Shown here: positions 20,660 to 35,814 of the stretch, piece after piece
How positions within the stretch are numbered: position 1 is the first letter of the stretch
How the letters are laid out: every line of letters starts with the position of its first letter
Source: Azolla caroliniana
Taxonomy: Eukaryota; Plantae; Polypodiophyta
Direction of reading: 5' to 3'
NCBI GenBank assembly: GCA_043228905.1
Contig: JBHGNT010000017.1
Span: 14,322,001 to 14,386,000 of the forward strand
Length of the DNA stretch: 64,000 nt
Notes under the pieces: generated by a model
The model's input: only the letters and a program-made list of their open reading frames with translations
What the model was told of the DNA's origin: nothing
The model's database searches: none
Translations under genes and position numbers: made by a program

Positions 20660-23600
20660 CATCAACATAAAGTAAAATGCTAACCGGCCCAAGTCGACCT
20701 TTCCGGATGAACAATGAGGAGTCTAATTTTGACGTCACAAAGCCCATCCGACGCAATCGTTGCGTGATCTGAGCATTCCAGGCACGCGGGGCTTGCTTTA
20801 GTCCGTAAAGGGACTTCTTCAATCGGCACACCGCCGAGGTGTTCGTTCCGGAGTGAAATCTAGGGGGTTGTACCATGTACACCTACTCCTCAAGCTCACC
20901 TTCCAGGAACACATTCTTTACATTCATCTGATGTAAGTGCTACCCATTAGCTGCTGCTACGACGAGTAGAACACGCACGGTAGTCATCTTCGCGATAGGT
21001 GCGAAGGTCTTGTCGTAGTCGATGCCGTGTTGCTGTGCATAGCCTTTCGCTACTAATCGGGCCTTGTATTGGTTGACCGAGCCGTCGATGTTGTACTTGA
21101 CCTTGTACACCCACCTACATCCGATCGGCTTTACACCTTTCGGTGCGTCAACCAGGTCCCAAGTTTCATTCTCCGCCAATGCACGCATCTCTTCCTCCAT
21201 TGCAGCATGCCAATTAACGTCCTTCACCGCTTCTGCGTAGCTCTCCGGCTCACGCACTTCTACTACACACGTCATGTACGCATAGTAATGCGCCATGTAC
21301 TCGTTGTAACCAAACCGCACAACAAGGTTCTTCTGGCGGGTTGATCGATGGAATTGCTCATTAGCCGAAGTTGAGGCTTTCTTGGCCGACGCAGACTTTG
21401 GTCTCGAAGACCCGTCGTCACTTCCCTCGGAGTCGGACTCGCGTCGATCCGACTCGTTCCTATCTGTGTCATAATCCGACACCTTCTTCTTCCCTTTTTC
21501 TTTGCGTGTAAGCCGTCTCCTCGGCTTCCTACGCGGGGAATGCATGGCCGAGTCTCCACTGCTCGCCGGCTCTTCATCGGACTGGTCGAACCGACTCAGT
21601 CGTCCATTCAGTCCACTTAACCAAAACGAAATCGGACTCTCTTCGCGGGTCCCGATTTCATGCTCATCAGGAGGCATCTCGGCTTCGCTGACCTCATCGT
21701 CAGAACTCGGATTGGAGTTGAGGTCCAGAGTTGGAGGCAAGTACCAGGACGCGGACTCGTCAAACACAACGTCGCGGCTCACACGCGCTTGTTTGGTGTG
21801 AGGGTTATAACACTTATAACCCTTTTGCTCATCCGCATAGCCAACCAAGATACACTTCTCGGCTTTCGCGTCCAACTTCTTCCATTTCTCCTTCGGCACA
21901 TGCACATATGCAATGCTACCGAAAACTCTTTTCCGCCATTCGACCGCAAGCACTTGATCTTCCGTCCTGTTTCCGTTTCCACGAACCCTTTGAGGTCCCA
22001 GAAACAGTTGAAGACTTCACTCTTCTTCTTGATGAGATAGATCCTTGTGTGCCGCGTATAGTCGTTGATGAAGGGGACAAAATATCGACTCCCGCCAAGA
22101 TTAATGTTCTGTGTCGGCCCCCATACATCGGAATGTATCAAGTCGATCTTGTTTCGGCTCCGGTTACGCTCGTTAGGGAAAGGAAGTCGGTGCTGCTTCC
22201 CGAGTTGGCAGGCTTCACAAAGTCGTGCCTTCCGGCCACTAAATTTGGGCAATCCAAACACTTTCTATTTCGATTACAGGTCCTGAAGTTGTTGATAGTT
22301 GACGTGGCCTATCCGCTTGTGCCATAAGTCGATATCCGACTCGACTTTTTGTCCTTTCGCAAACATTGCAGTGCCACCGTCACTAGAGTCGAGGATAAAC
22401 ATCCTCCCGTCTCTGCGCCCTTGTGCAATAACTCGGCCTTCTTCTTCGATGAAGCACCTGAGATGCGTGAACCTGACTTGCGTCCCCTGGTCGACGATCT
22501 GCCCGACCGACACCAAATTCTTCATGATTGTGGGAAGGTGTAACACGTTCATGAGTTTCCATTTCTGCCTGACATGGCTCAGGGGAACTTCACCGACATT
22601 CGCGATCGAATGCGGAGTGTTGTCTCTGGTTGCGACTACTCTCGGTTGCATCGGTTTCTCAAGGTATGAGAACCACTCCTCATGGCACGTCATGTGGTTT
22701 GACGCACCGGAGTCGACATACCACACCTTGTCCGATTTCGGGGTGGACATCTTCATCGAGTTCGCTTCGTGTCTTGTCACGAAGGCTTACCCTTTTCCGG
22801 CTTTTCCGAACCCTGCGGTGTAGTGCGATCGCTGCCGATTTCCTTTGTCGGTTTGTCTGGATCCGGTCCTCTCTGAATCGGCATGCTTCTTCCAGCACTC
22901 GCTCTCCTTGTGGCCTTTCTTGCCACAGTACCAGCATTCCGCAATAGATTTACCTTGCCGATTCTCGTCGCCTCGACTCCCCCTATTTCCGGAGGGTCTG
23001 GAATTGTTGTCGGCATCACTTCGGTGCCTTCTTCCTTGATTCTGTCAGCCGCCTCCATTGCGCACCGACTTGCCTCGTCCGCCACGACCACGGGACCTAT
23101 CTCCCTCCATGTACAGCATCTTGTTGTCAGCATGCGTGCTTGTCGATGCACCCATGTGGTTCTCCTCTATAAGGAGCATCGACTGTAGGTCGAAAAACGA
23201 CAGCATATTCTCCCGTGTACATACAGCAGTTCGGAATGCTCCGAACTTCGACGTCAGCCCCCCTAGATAGATCTGCACCATCTCGCCTTCCTCGACGTTC
23301 ACATCAATGGAGGCTAAGGAGTCACATATATCTTTGATCTTTGAGGTGTAATCAGCCACTGACAAATCGCGTTGTCGTAGGTTGCTTAGCTCCTGTCAGA
23401 GTTGAAGCTTTCTAGTTGTAGTGCTTGTGGCGAAATCTTCTTCAGATTTCCCCACGCATCTTTCGGCATTTTTGCATCCCGAATGTAGCTTAGGAGTTGT
23501 TCGCGCACACAAGACGCGAAGCAATACATTACTCTGCTTGCCAACTATTCCCACGCCGGGAAATCTCTATGTGTCAATTCGAGTGCTGTGTCATTTGCTC

Positions 23601-24206
23601 CGTCGACATAGCTCCAGTAATCGTGCCCGAGCAGGTACTGGTGCATCTTGTAGGACCAAGACGCATAGTTGTTTCTGTCGAGCTTCTCGATAGGAAGCGA
23701 GCTAGCCATGCCCCTATCCATTTTGTTTTTCCTGTTCTTCTTGGTTAGTTTTCTTTTCAAGCTATGTCGGCTGTAGAGGTTCTCAACCCTCACGCTCTAA
23801 TACCATGAAGAAGATTATGTGAGGAAGCAATAGAGAACTAAACACGGAAAATCCGCAGGTTTAATGGAGAGCTTGAATATACACAGTATGCGGGAGAGAC
23901 AGAGAGAGAGAACGCACAGAAACTCAATTCAAAAAAATACTCACTCTATACATACACCGTGCTCAGTGAGCACCTTTTATACAAGCCCTAACAATAGGGC
24001 TGACACAAGTACTAACAGTACTTGAATGCTCATAAACGAGCCTACTACACTAACTCCCAAAATTATTCCTTACGAGGAATATCATATTGACGGCCTTCCG
24101 GTTTACGCACCGATACGGCCATGTTATGCATACCGATTTACACACCCAATCTACGCACTGGGTTACGCATCGTATTACGCACGAATGTTGAGCTTGTCTC
24201 TCAACA
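20660..24206 (-). mobile_element. 3'-truncated Ty1/copia of the same family as 8199-13984 (5' LTR 23806-24206, PBS, gag to RT)
   Basis: LTR starts (reverse complement) TGTTGAGAGACAAGCTCAACAT; degenerate PBS at 23794-23805. ORFs 23545..23793, 23045..23365, 22274..22780, 20940..21953 and 20598..20882 closely match those of the 8199 element; ends at LLYVD. Confidence 0.93.
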
Positions 24207-24551
24207 ATGTGTATATGAACATAACACGCAATTGAGTGGTCGGCTTTGGGGTCAACACTATTTCGGCCTTGACACAAATCCAATATCAAATTTATCTCAA
24301 ATGAGGTATTGATCTCATACACATATGCACACATTTTGTACAACCAATTATTACCATTACAACATAATTGAATCAATGAAAAAAATTACATATTGGCTAT
24401 ACATTAATTAGATTGGGAGACGAAAGAATAGAAAAGTTATTGAAGTTCCTTTGTTGATAGTTATCTAGATCAAGCTCGATCACATATCGATCGATCACCA
24501 TCCATCAGGAAGAAAACAAAAACAATCAACAAAAGAAACATTAGAATGAAA

Positions 24552-27500
24552 GCTCAGATACCATTGTTAGATCTAGATCCTACTATAAGCATGAGATAAG
24601 GATATAAAGGATTAATAGATAATAATGGAGAGAGAGAGAAAGAAGGGTGCCGATCCACCCGACCACCCCCGAGCGAAGGGATCGAGACGGACTCGAGCCT
24701 CGATTGGTGTCCCATATGTTGGCATAAAAGGCTGACTCCTTCGAAGTTGTATCCATCTAAGTGTGAACTCGTCAATAAGTTAGGGCTTAGTATATAAGTG
24801 AATACCTAACATTATATAGAGTGACGAGTGATAGAGATACGAAGCGTTTGTGCATTGTATCTCAAAGAGAGAGTGAGAACAAAGCAATAAAGCTTTCCAT
24901 TAGAGCTTGCACTATGTAAGTCCACGCCTATTCTATTTTCTGTCTGCATTTGTTGTTCAGATCCGACAACAGATCCATACACGATTCCGCAAATCGCACT
25001 CGTTATCGACAACTAGTATCAGAGTGAATCTTTGTTGTTCAGCGGCAATAGACAACAAAAGAAGCTGAAAGAAAAGACTAGGTAAGAAATCTCAAGTTCA
25101 CAAACAAAATATGGCTTCAACATCCGAAATAGGAGCTGAAATCAGAAAATTCGACGGCAAAAACTTTGCCTTGTGGAAGGAGATGATGCAAGATGTGTTG
25201 ATAATTAAAAGACAGGTCGAAGCCATTCCGCATAGCAAAAAAACGGCTTCAATGACAGCCGAGGAGTGGAGATCAACGAACAAAATCGTGCGCTCCACCA
25301 TCCGAATGCATCTGGCTGAAAATGTCTATTTCAGCATGGCGAAAGAGACAACAACATTCTCATAATGGGAGAAGCTATAGGTCGTTTATTAAAAGAAATC
25401 CTCATCGTCGAAATTGATTTTGATCAAACAATTGTTCAACATGAAGATGAGAGAGATTGATCCGGCAACCTCCCACATCAACACCTTTGGTCGGGTGTTG
25501 TCTAAGCTCTCATCACAAGGGATCAACTTCAAAGAAGAAGTGAAATCCTGTGCCCTCCTATCGAGCTTGCACGACGTACGCCAATAACCGACCGATCCTA
25601 AACTTGGACGAAACAATCAGCCAAGTCCTCACAAAGGACATCAAGCGAAAATCGATGGGACTAACCATCGATGAGTTGGCAAAAGCCCATCACTCGACCG
25701 AGTCGTTCGACCGACAGAGTCGAACTAAAGAACAAGCCAACAGAACTGGTAGATGCTACAGCCAATTGAAAACAAGGGGAGACCGACAACGGTCGAAGTC
25801 GAAAACAGGCCGATCAAGCGAGTACTGCACACACTGCAGGAAAGTTGGCCACAATGTTTCGGACTGTTGGTCATTAAAAAGAAAAGAGAGTGGTCGGCGA
25901 TCCGAGTAGAATCAGAGACGTTCTGACTCGGACCGGTCTCCAGTCGGCCAGATCAACGTTGCTGACACCCGATCTGGAGAAATCCTCTCCTTAGAGGACT
26001 CAATGATCGGAGTCCTCTACAAGGCACAAGTTGCACACACGTCGCTACTAGACTCTGGTGCCACATTTCACGTGACCCCCAACATTGAATGGTTCTCGAA
26101 CTATTCAGCCAACGCCAGCGACATGGTCTGACTGGGAAATGGGCAGGAGTGCAAGATAGCCGGAACCGGGGAGGTTCCCATCATATTGCCAAATGGCAAC
26201 ACAATAACCCTGCACCGAGTTCGGCACGTACCCGATCTAAAGAGGAGTCTGGTCTCCATCGGCATGTTAGCCGAAGACGGGTATCGAACGACTCTACACG
26301 AGTCGACATGGGTGATCAGCCGAGGAAACCTCAAAATCGGTAGTGGGCACAAGTATAATAATCTATACCAATTGATGGCGATCAACCCTAAAGGGGCCAT
26401 GAACGTAGCCGAAAAAACCGACACGAACTTATGGCATGGCCGACTTGGCCACATGTCTCAAGCCAGACTTGATCGGCTGATGTCGGTCGGCTACATCTCG
26501 AAACTCCAGGAAAAGACAGACTTCTGCGAGCATTGTCGATATGGGAAAAAAACCCGAAGTCCGCACTCTCTCCACTACGAGACGGTACGACAGCCCCTAG
26601 AGCTCGTGCACACAGACATATGTGGGCCCATGCCAAAGCGATCACTAGGAGGCTCCCGGTACTTCATCACATTCATAGATGACTGTACATGGAAAGTTTG
26701 GGCATACTCCATCAAGTCCAAAGATGAAAAGGTCTTCACTCGATGGATATCTTAAGTGGAGAACCGATCGGGATACACAGTGAAGACACTCCGATCCGAC
26801 AACGGAGGTGAGTACGCCTCCAAAGCCTTCAAACAGTACCTATCTGGAAAAGCGATCCGACACCAAGAGATCGTTCCCTACACACCCATGCAAAATGGAG
26901 TGGCAGAACGGATCAAAAGGACAATCCAAGAGAGGGTTACGACAATGCTCCAACAAGACGGACTGAAGCTGGAATTTTGGGCCGAGGCATTGCAGACGGC
27001 AGTGTACCTAATAAATCTGGCGCCGTGAAGAGCAATCAGGCTCGATGTGCCACAGGCACTATGGTAAGGCAAACATCCAACTTACAATAGGCTCCGTATA
27101 TTTAGACGTGAAGCCTACGCGTTCATCCCCAAGGGACAAAAGGAAGAAGTTGGCACCCCATGCAACAAAGTGCATATTTCTCAGTTATGGAACTGATGGG
27201 GACTTCAGCTGCCGGCTATGGGACCTTGAGAACCGGAAATTGATCCGAAGCAGCGACGTAGTCTTCAATGAAGACTCTATCTTCTCTCAACGGAACCAAC
27301 AGAAAACAGTTGGTAAGAAGGTATCCTTCAAAGATGACAGCACTGTCGTAGAAGGACCGACCCATTGGGCCGAATCGGAGACTCGACAAATAGTCGAACT
27401 CCAACAAGTTGTCAACTTCCCTGCCGACACCGAATCGGCAACAAGTCCTATCGTCGAACTCAAAGGCAAAGTCACCAAGAGACAAGTCAGAAAAGAGTCG

Positions 27501-30120
27501 ATGACAACCACAGGGGAGGACAACCAGACACCATCAAAATCCCAATATGGGGGCAAGACACCTAACAAGACTCCTAATACAGATGGTTCAACTAATATCG
27601 ATCGACCAAAGAGCTAATCGAAGGATCCGAACCAAATATCTCAGCACCTAGGAGATCTGGACGAGCTCGAAGGCAAACATAGTTCTACCAACCGGACCTC
27701 GACTATGTCAACTACACGGATGCAGGCGAACCAAGCACCTATGAAGAAGCTATGGCCGCACTAGACGCCGAAACATGGCTACAAGCCATGAAATCCGAAT
27801 TGGACTCGATTCATCAGAATCAGACATGGGAGTTGGTCGAACTACCAGCTGGAAGGAAGTTGCTACCTTGTAAATGGGTTTTCCAATACAAGTATGTATC
27901 CGACTCAGAGAAACCCAAGTACAAAGCTCAACTTGTTGCGAAAGGATTCAAACAAGAATATGGGGTCGACTACGACAAGATATTCTCACCAGTAGTCACG
28001 ATGACCACCCTCCGACTCCTACTAGGAGTCGTGGCGACAGAAGATCTAGAGCTCGAGCAGATGGACGTAAAGATGACATTCCTACACGGAGATCTGGAAG
28101 AAGACATATACACGTCTCAATCGGCAGGCTTCACGGCGATGGCGGAGGACAGTCACCTTGTATGTCGACTAAAGAAAAGTCTATATGGCCTAAACAAGCG
28201 CCGAGAATGTGGTACCAGAAGTTTGACTCCTACATACGGCAGCGTGGATACAACATATCAGAATCTGACTCACGCATGTATGTTTAGCAACTGGCCGACG
28301 AGTCAAGGATCTATCTGATCCTATACATCGGCGACATGTTGATTGCAGGAAGCAATCAAGTAGAGATCAGGAAGCTGAAGTGGAGTCGTCACCCAAAGTT
28401 CGCGATGAAGTAACTTGGACAAACCCGACACATACTGGGCATGAGGATAGAGAAATATTGGACGACCAAAACTCTCCGACTCTCCCAGTCCGAATACATC
28501 CGCAAGGTGTTGAAGCGCTTCAACATGGAGAATGTGAAGCCAGCACTAACCTTGATTCCGACGTCAATTGGACTTATCAGCCAGAGACTCTCCTTTGACG
28601 GACAAGGAGAGAGAACTTAATGGAACAATACCCTACGCATCGGCAGTAGGAAGTATCATGTACGCAATGGTGGCGACCCGACCCGACCCGACGTAGTCTA
28701 TGCCATAGGGGTGGTCAGCCGGTACATGTCAAACCCAGGAAAGAAGCATTGGGAGGCCATCAAGCACATCCTTAGGTATCTAAAAGGAACCCTGGATGCA
28801 CAGCTGACTTTCGGACTGACAACCTTAGCTGAAGTCGAAGGCTACACCGATTCCGACTATGCTGGAAATGCAAATAATCGGAAATCAACATCAAGCTACA
28901 TCTTCACCTATGGTGGCGGGGCGATATCATGGAGGTCGAAACTTCAAGAGGCACGGCTCTATCTACCACAGAAGCCAAATACATAGCAGCATCGGAAGCA
29001 GTGAAGGAAGCGATCTGGCTACACCAACTGAACGCCGACTTCAGAACTACGAGCTGAAACGACCGATCAGCGTCGATCATCTATTACAACTCACAGAGCG
29101 CAATACACCTCATCAACAATCATGTCTATCATGCGAAGACGAAGCACATTGAGGTGTGGTATCATCATATCTGGGAGCTCGTAAACAAAAAGAAACTCGA
29201 AGTTCGGAAGATCGACACCGAGGTGAACATCGTCGATTGCCTGACGAATCCACTTCCAGATCTACGCTTTGGAACACTAAGGACGAAAATGGGGCTACGA
29301 CAAGCGACCAAGCAGAAGAAAGTCAAACGGGGACAGAAGGTAAGATCAAATCGGAACAATAGCGACACATCCTATACATTTGCTGACTCGGTTGCATGCC
29401 GACCGACTTGTAACATATAAACTTAGATCAATTTTGTAATCTAGGCTTACGAGGGAGATAACCCCAAACACTTGTACATGCGAGAAAGAGTAGTCCTTTT
29501 ACTAGGGAGTTTGTTGGCATAAAAGGCTGACTCCTTCCAAGTTGTATCCGTCCGAGTGTGAACTCTTCAATAAGTTAGGGCTTAGTATATAAGTGAATAC
29601 CTAACATTGTATAAAGTGACGAGTGACAGAGAGACGAAGCGTTTGTGCATTGTATCTCAAAGAGAGAGTGAGAACAAAGCAATAAAGCTTTCCATTAGAG
29701 CTTGCACTATGTAAGTCCATGCCTATTCTATTTTCTGTCTGCGTTGTTTGTTGTTCAGAACCAACAACAGATCCATACATGTTTCCACAAATCGCACTCG
29801 TTATTGACACCATACCATCGTCGTGTCGTCGAGTCATACCTAGTACTAGCGCACTAGCTACAAGAGTTGATCCATCATAAGGACAGAGTCTCGACGTATT
29901 CAAGAGATCTTCCAATGAGGGTAGCTAGGCCTCATATTTATAGTCCGACCTAAGGCCCTAGGCAAGTTCACACTTGGCCTTAATGAGTTGTCTCAATACC
30001 AAGGATTAAAAGTAATCCTTCCCTTCTTTACACTTTCGTTTAACCCTCACATTTTATCCATGTGTATAGAATACTATAGTAAAACTTACCATAGGATATT
30101 ATATGGTCATGCCCGTAACA
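24552..30120 (-). mobile_element. Host LTR (24565-24716 plus 29815-30120) with PBS remnant, split by the 24717-29809 insertion
   Basis: gctcagatacca (PBS reverse complement, one mismatch) at 24552-24563, then TGTTAG. Other end CGTAACA at 30120 abuts copia RT sequence. Confidence 0.55.
24717..29809 (+). mobile_element. Full-length degenerate Ty1/copia (Tork/Tnt1-like; LTRs 24717-25011 and 29512-29809)
   Basis: LTR pair TGTTGGCAT...GACA with about 17 substitutions and a 3-bp indel by eye; TSD CCATA on both sides; mutated PBS tagtatcagag. Gag KFDGKNFALWK, CCHC knuckle, LRSDNGGEY, GYTDSDYAG. Confidence 0.95.
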
Positions 30121-31745
30121 CATGCAATAGTCGGAAGGATTCGAAGAAAAAGGTAAAGAGAACCTAGTATGCCGATTGAGGAAGAGCTTATACAGATTAA
30201 AGCAATCACCCTGACAATGGTACCGAAAGTTCAAATCCTTCATGGTGGATCACGGTTTCAACAAGACAGAAGCCTATCATTGTGTTTTTGTTAAGAAACA
30301 TGATGCAAGATGCGAAGCCAGTTGATTCGACACTACCAACAAACAGCAAACTATTCGGAAGTCAATGTCTGCAATTGAAAGAGGAAAAAGCTAAGATGAA
30401 CAAGATCCTGTATGCATCATCTGTTGAAAACCTAATGTACACGATGGTGTGTACAAGGCCGAACATCAGATATGTAGTCGAAGTCGTCAGCCAATATATG
30501 AGCAAGCTCGGAAGAGAGCATTGGGTAGCGGTGAAGTGGCTACTTCAGTACTTGAAAGGCACCTCAAATGTGTGTCTTCGATTCGGCTCAGGTAAACCCC
30601 TATTAGAAGGCTTTATTGATTTGGACATGTCGTTTTGTTACCCGTAAGAATATACGGGGAGGCATAAGGGGTGGAACACGATAATGTGGTTTATGTGTAT
30701 GAGTGTGTGAGGATGAGTATGTGTATGAACACATGCACATTTGTGTGCATGTGTACAAAAGTGAGAGAGTGGATAAGTAATGTAACTCCCTACTTGTCTC
30801 ATTCTTTTGTCACGGTTACCTCTTGTACTATATAAACCCCACCCATGGGGCATAATGGAATATAGTTTTTTCCCTCTCATTTTGTGTTTGTCTCATTGTT
30901 TCTCTTCCCTTCTCTTTCCCTCACATGTAACCCCCTTGGGAGGGGGCTAGAGCTATTCTAGGCTTCACCCCCCACCCAACAACACGGTTGATATGGATAC
31001 CAACCGATCCACATCCAGATATGTAATGACTTATGCACAGGGAGTTGTTTCATGGCAATTGAGACTACATAAGGTCGTGGCGTTGTTGACCACGAAAGCC
31101 GAGTACATGGTTTTCATCGAAGCTGGCAAGGAAGTAATATGCATGAAGGAGTTCATCAATGAGCTGGGAATTCGGCAAGAAGAATTACGACTCTACTACG
31201 ATAACTAGAGTGTCATCCACCTTGCAAAGAATGTTGCCCACCACTCAAGGAAGAAGAACATCCAAAGGATAAACCATTGGCTCTGAGAGTGAGTAGAAGA
31301 AAGGGAGTTCACTCTGATGAAGATCCAGACAGCAAAGAATGGGTCGAACATGCTTACGAAGGTGTTGTCGGCCAAAAAGTTGGACGCGTGTTGACAGAGA
31401 GTTGGATTGATGACGTATCGCATACCGGAGCGAAGGGGGAGTTTGTTGGGAAAACATGTCCCTCCGGATGGGAAGAGCATGAGTTGAATGAAATGGAGTC
31501 AATAGGTAAACTTGGCCGAGGCCGAAAATTGATTTCCGAAAAATTGATAATCAATTCGGTTATTAGCTGATTCAGAGGGGGCTATAATTGTAAATAGCCT
31601 AAATGTGCCCTTAGTGGGCCATAGTTGTAAATATTCCATATTGTATATCAGTATAAATATACTTAGGGCAAGTAGTTAGATGACATGCATGATCATTATT
31701 GTGAAGTTGTTGTTAGTTGTTGCCACTGTAACTAGAGAGAGAGAG

Positions 31746-31789
<44 letters not shown>

Positions 31790-32049
31790 TGGGTGTACTC
31801 TATAGTCATCACTCGACAACGAAGAGGTCAAGGTCATTGCCTTGAATCCTCTTGTTGTCCTCCTCCCCTCATAGTGATTTGGTTTGGAGTTTGTGGACTC
31901 CACGTGGTTTTTCCCATTCGGGTTTTCCACATTAAATATCTTGTACTTCTGTTTTCTATTTGTCTTTTTGTTTGTGCACTATCTTACTCGATCGTGGCAT
32001 CCCGAATATACATATGAAAAGTGATTGTGGCCGGTTTTCGATCCTAACA
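30121..32049 (+). mobile_element. 3' remnant of Ty1/copia (internally deleted RT, RNase H, PPT, 3' LTR 31444-32049)
   Basis: KENLVCRLRKSLY frame; ORFs 30282..30647 and 30993..31208; PPT ggagcgaagggggag; LTR TGTTGGG...CCTAACA with (GA)n(GT)n. Confidence 0.88.
30636..30984 (+). mobile_element. Solo LTR inserted in copia RNase H
   Basis: TGTTAC...CAACA ends; TSD CGTTT/CGGTT (1 mismatch); removal restores the host frame DMSVDMDTNRST; internal ctatataaac. Confidence 0.8.
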
Positions 32050-32563
32050 ATAATTTCATGTAACTTACATCAATCTTAGTGAGTGATATGAATGAGAAGT
32101 AGAGGTGATGCCATATGGTAACATAACAAAGCATGCAAAGTCTATCTTGAGTAACATATTCATTAATTATGTTAGTTTATAGATAGCACATCATTGGCAA
32201 GCCATTTTCTCTTAACATAGATTTCATGTATGTTGATATGCAAGATCTCAAACTAAAAGTGTCATGACTTGTTATAACCAATACAACATCAAACCAATTA
32301 CTTGAGACTTGGGAGCCAAGATTTGAAGATTGCAAAGTTTTAGGTCAAACTAGGGGACATATAAACAACATCATATGATAATACATAAAGCCATTTGTTA
32401 TGCATTAGAAATCAACATTATCAAAGAGTGAGCAAAAAAGAGCATATTTCATTTGGTACTATACCTCCCCATGCAAAGCCAAATTTTAATATCTATAATA
32501 TGTCTTCTTGGCAAAACTTTTGAGAACCTAGTTTTTGTGACTAGAGAACACTCATATTGATAA

Positions 32564-32866
32564 TGTTGTTGGGCTAAAAGTCCCTCTCTACCCAAATATG
32601 TACGTCCTCAGAGCTAAGGCTTAGTTAACCTAACTATAAAAGTGAGGGACCGAGTCTTGTAAAGAGAGTTTGGCGGGAATGTAAAATTGTATCTTGAGCA
32701 AAAACTCTCTTTGTGTAATTGTTGTCATCTTGTTCAATATCTGTGTTGCATAGTGCACCATCGCTCTTCCTTGCTATGTTTCTTGTTTGCTTGATTAAAG
32801 AAAGATCCTATCTACTTCCCTACAACTAGCCGGCTCATCCACTGTACCAACCAGCTGAGACACACA
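32564..32866 (+). mobile_element. Possible old solo LTR
   Basis: TGTTG start, ctataaaag TATA-like motif, CA-ending 3' side; TSD not convincingly resolved. Confidence 0.25.
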
Positions 32867-33908
32867 GTGTCATATCAAGTCTTCAAATGTGACTATTTTG
32901 ACTTTCTGAAAAGATTATCAAACAACAAGAAGTTATGACACTCATGAACAATTACAATGCACATACTTAATATACAACAAACTTTTATCCACCTTCATAC
33001 ATGAGGATGGAGATGGGTTTATGAATAGCAAACTCATATTACTTCAATTACATCATTAGCTTATGCCTATAAAAGTCATGATTGGGAGTTTGTTCAATTT
33101 TTAATTGCATAATCATATAAACCCTAAAGGTTACACAATGTAGAGTATAGATGTTTGCCTAGTGCTATGGATGGTGTGGAGATCATATAGAATTTGTCAC
33201 AAGGGTTGTCAACACTATTTTAAGTAAAATGATGCCCCTCTTATCTTTTGCATGGAAAATTTACCACTTATGGATCTATGTTTAGCAAATTTCGCCATTG
33301 CTTTAATGTGCATTGAGTGATGATTTAGCCAAAGGAAGCTTTAAATAAGGTTTTCCATCACAATTTTGTCTTAGATAGACTAAATATAAGGCATTCAAGG
33401 CCCCACATCATCATGCTTCTAAGATGGACTGCACGTTAGAGTAATATCACACGCAAATCAATCAAATAAGTCTAATCATGAGCCTTCCATTTGTTGCCTC
33501 AACAATTCAACATGGATGTAAGATGCAAGAGAATCTCGAGTATTCATGACTCAAAACCTAATTCATTCTATATGTTTTAGCAACATTAATATGTAAGATA
33601 GGGAAGAGGATTTCCCAAAATAGCCATACAATTGAACGTGAAAAGCTTGGAGGCATCAAAAATTAAGTATTGCCAATAAAAGAGGATGTCCCAATATTCT
33701 ATGTTTAGCATGTGATCGCTATACACATCTGAGAGGGGATGGCAATGGTGACTATGTACATGATCATGGGTGTGCAAGCTCATTGTTATATGAGATCCAT
33801 AACAACCTCACTTCTATTGTATTGATCCATATAACATACATTCTTTGTATTTTGTTGCATCCAAGAAGACATTCCAATCCATATACTCAAAATTCCATCC
33901 TATCATCA

Positions 33909-35367
33909 CTAATGCCGAACGGACTTATAAAAGTGTCTTGTTCTTATGCTTAGCGCAACACTAACACAAGATCCTGCAACACACGTAGCGGCCATTACAA
34001 TGAAACTCAGGCGAAAACAATGTGCACCAGTGCAAGATCCATTCTCCGCTTCCAAATCATACAAGTACCCGGTAACCTTGATGGAGAGTATATATGAGCT
34101 AAGTGGGCTTGCCACTGCAATAGTATTGAAAATAGAACCAAAGCTCTTCAATCCAAAAATCTCTGATGCCGTCGCCGGCATTAATGACCATTGTGCCCCA
34201 TAACATGTCCCTATTAGTATAGGCCCTACATATAGGGCACCTGGAATTGCTAAAGCTATAATTGCATGCCCAATCGCCATGATCCCCAATGTGATCATTA
34301 TGAATACAGGCCTTGGGACCTTATTTGAATGAAGAAAGAGCTCTGATATATACCCACCCCCCAATCTACCAGAGAAGTTCCATATGCTCCACAAGGAGAC
34401 AAAAGTAGTGACTTCTTGTGAACTGTACCCTAATGATGATCCCAACTGGCTCATGTTATTGATGGTAGTGAGCCCAGATCCCATCCCGCAAGCTGAAGTG
34501 AAGAATAGAAGCCAAAAATCTAATGAAATCATCGACTCCAAGAGGCCGATATTCCTAGCCATCAAAGTTTCATCGGCCACCTTCGAAGCTTCACCTAGCA
34601 GGACAATTTTTTCCTCTAATGTGGAGGTTTCTGTTGGTGATAGGAGACACTCTTTTGTTTCATTCTCATCACCATCAAAACCTGTTTTAAAAATCACCCA
34701 TAAAGGAGACAACAGGATAAGGACGATTCCACCCAAAATCACGGCTCGCCATTGTCTACCCACATCAATGTAGTTCTGAATTAAGATAACAACCAATAGG
34801 TAACCAGCGAGAACAAATAGAATGGCCGAGAACACATTGAGCCGCGTTTTCTGATCACCGTTTCGGACCTCTGGCATCGGCCGGATGATAAACATGGCGC
34901 ATAGGCAAGATATAGGCGTAATAATAGCCATTAGAAGAGGAAAATTTTCACCTTCGGTTCCAAAAGAAACATAGTAAACTTGCACTAGCACGGCTCCAGC
35001 AATTCCAAGTGCTCCCTACAAGGGGCATTAGAAGACAAATTCATGTTTCTGATTTCATGGATTTCCAATGGAACCCAAAATAATGCACCACATGTGTACA
35101 ATCTACTTGGTACATAAAGGAAGTGATTAAGGTAGGTCTTAAATGACTATACATATAGTTTTGATGTAGATCTTAATGAAGCCGGAATGCCTTGAAGGCA
35201 TGAAGACGTTTAGAAAAATGCTCAGTTCTTGTATGCTAATATGCATACTATCCAATACTTTCCATCTCTCTCTCGATTTCTCTTTTTCTAGAGGAGAATC
35301 ATGTAGCATATATACTGGTCCTAAAGGTCATATGGTCATGTTATTGTACTGCCAAGGATGTTAAAAG

Positions 35368-35398
<31 letters not shown>

Positions 35399-35776
35399 AC
35401 TCTGTGCATTATCTTAAGATTATTTCATGTGAGCTTCCCCCAGATCATCAAGAACATTGTTCCTCATCTCTCTAAATACATAAAAGATTATTTCAAGCGA
35501 GCTTCTCACAGATTTGATCCGTAAGATCATTGCTCGACATGTCGAGTCTTCATCCTCATCGCCATCACCATCACATCACATCACATCACATCACATCACA
35601 TACCATATCATACCATACCATACCATACCATACCATCGCCATACCCATCCCCATCCCCATCCCCATCATCATCAACATCATCACCATCACCATCACCATC
35701 ACCATCACCATACCATACCATACCATACCATACCCATCCCCATCATCATCAACATCAACATCACCATCACCATCAC

Positions 35777-35814
<38 letters not shown>

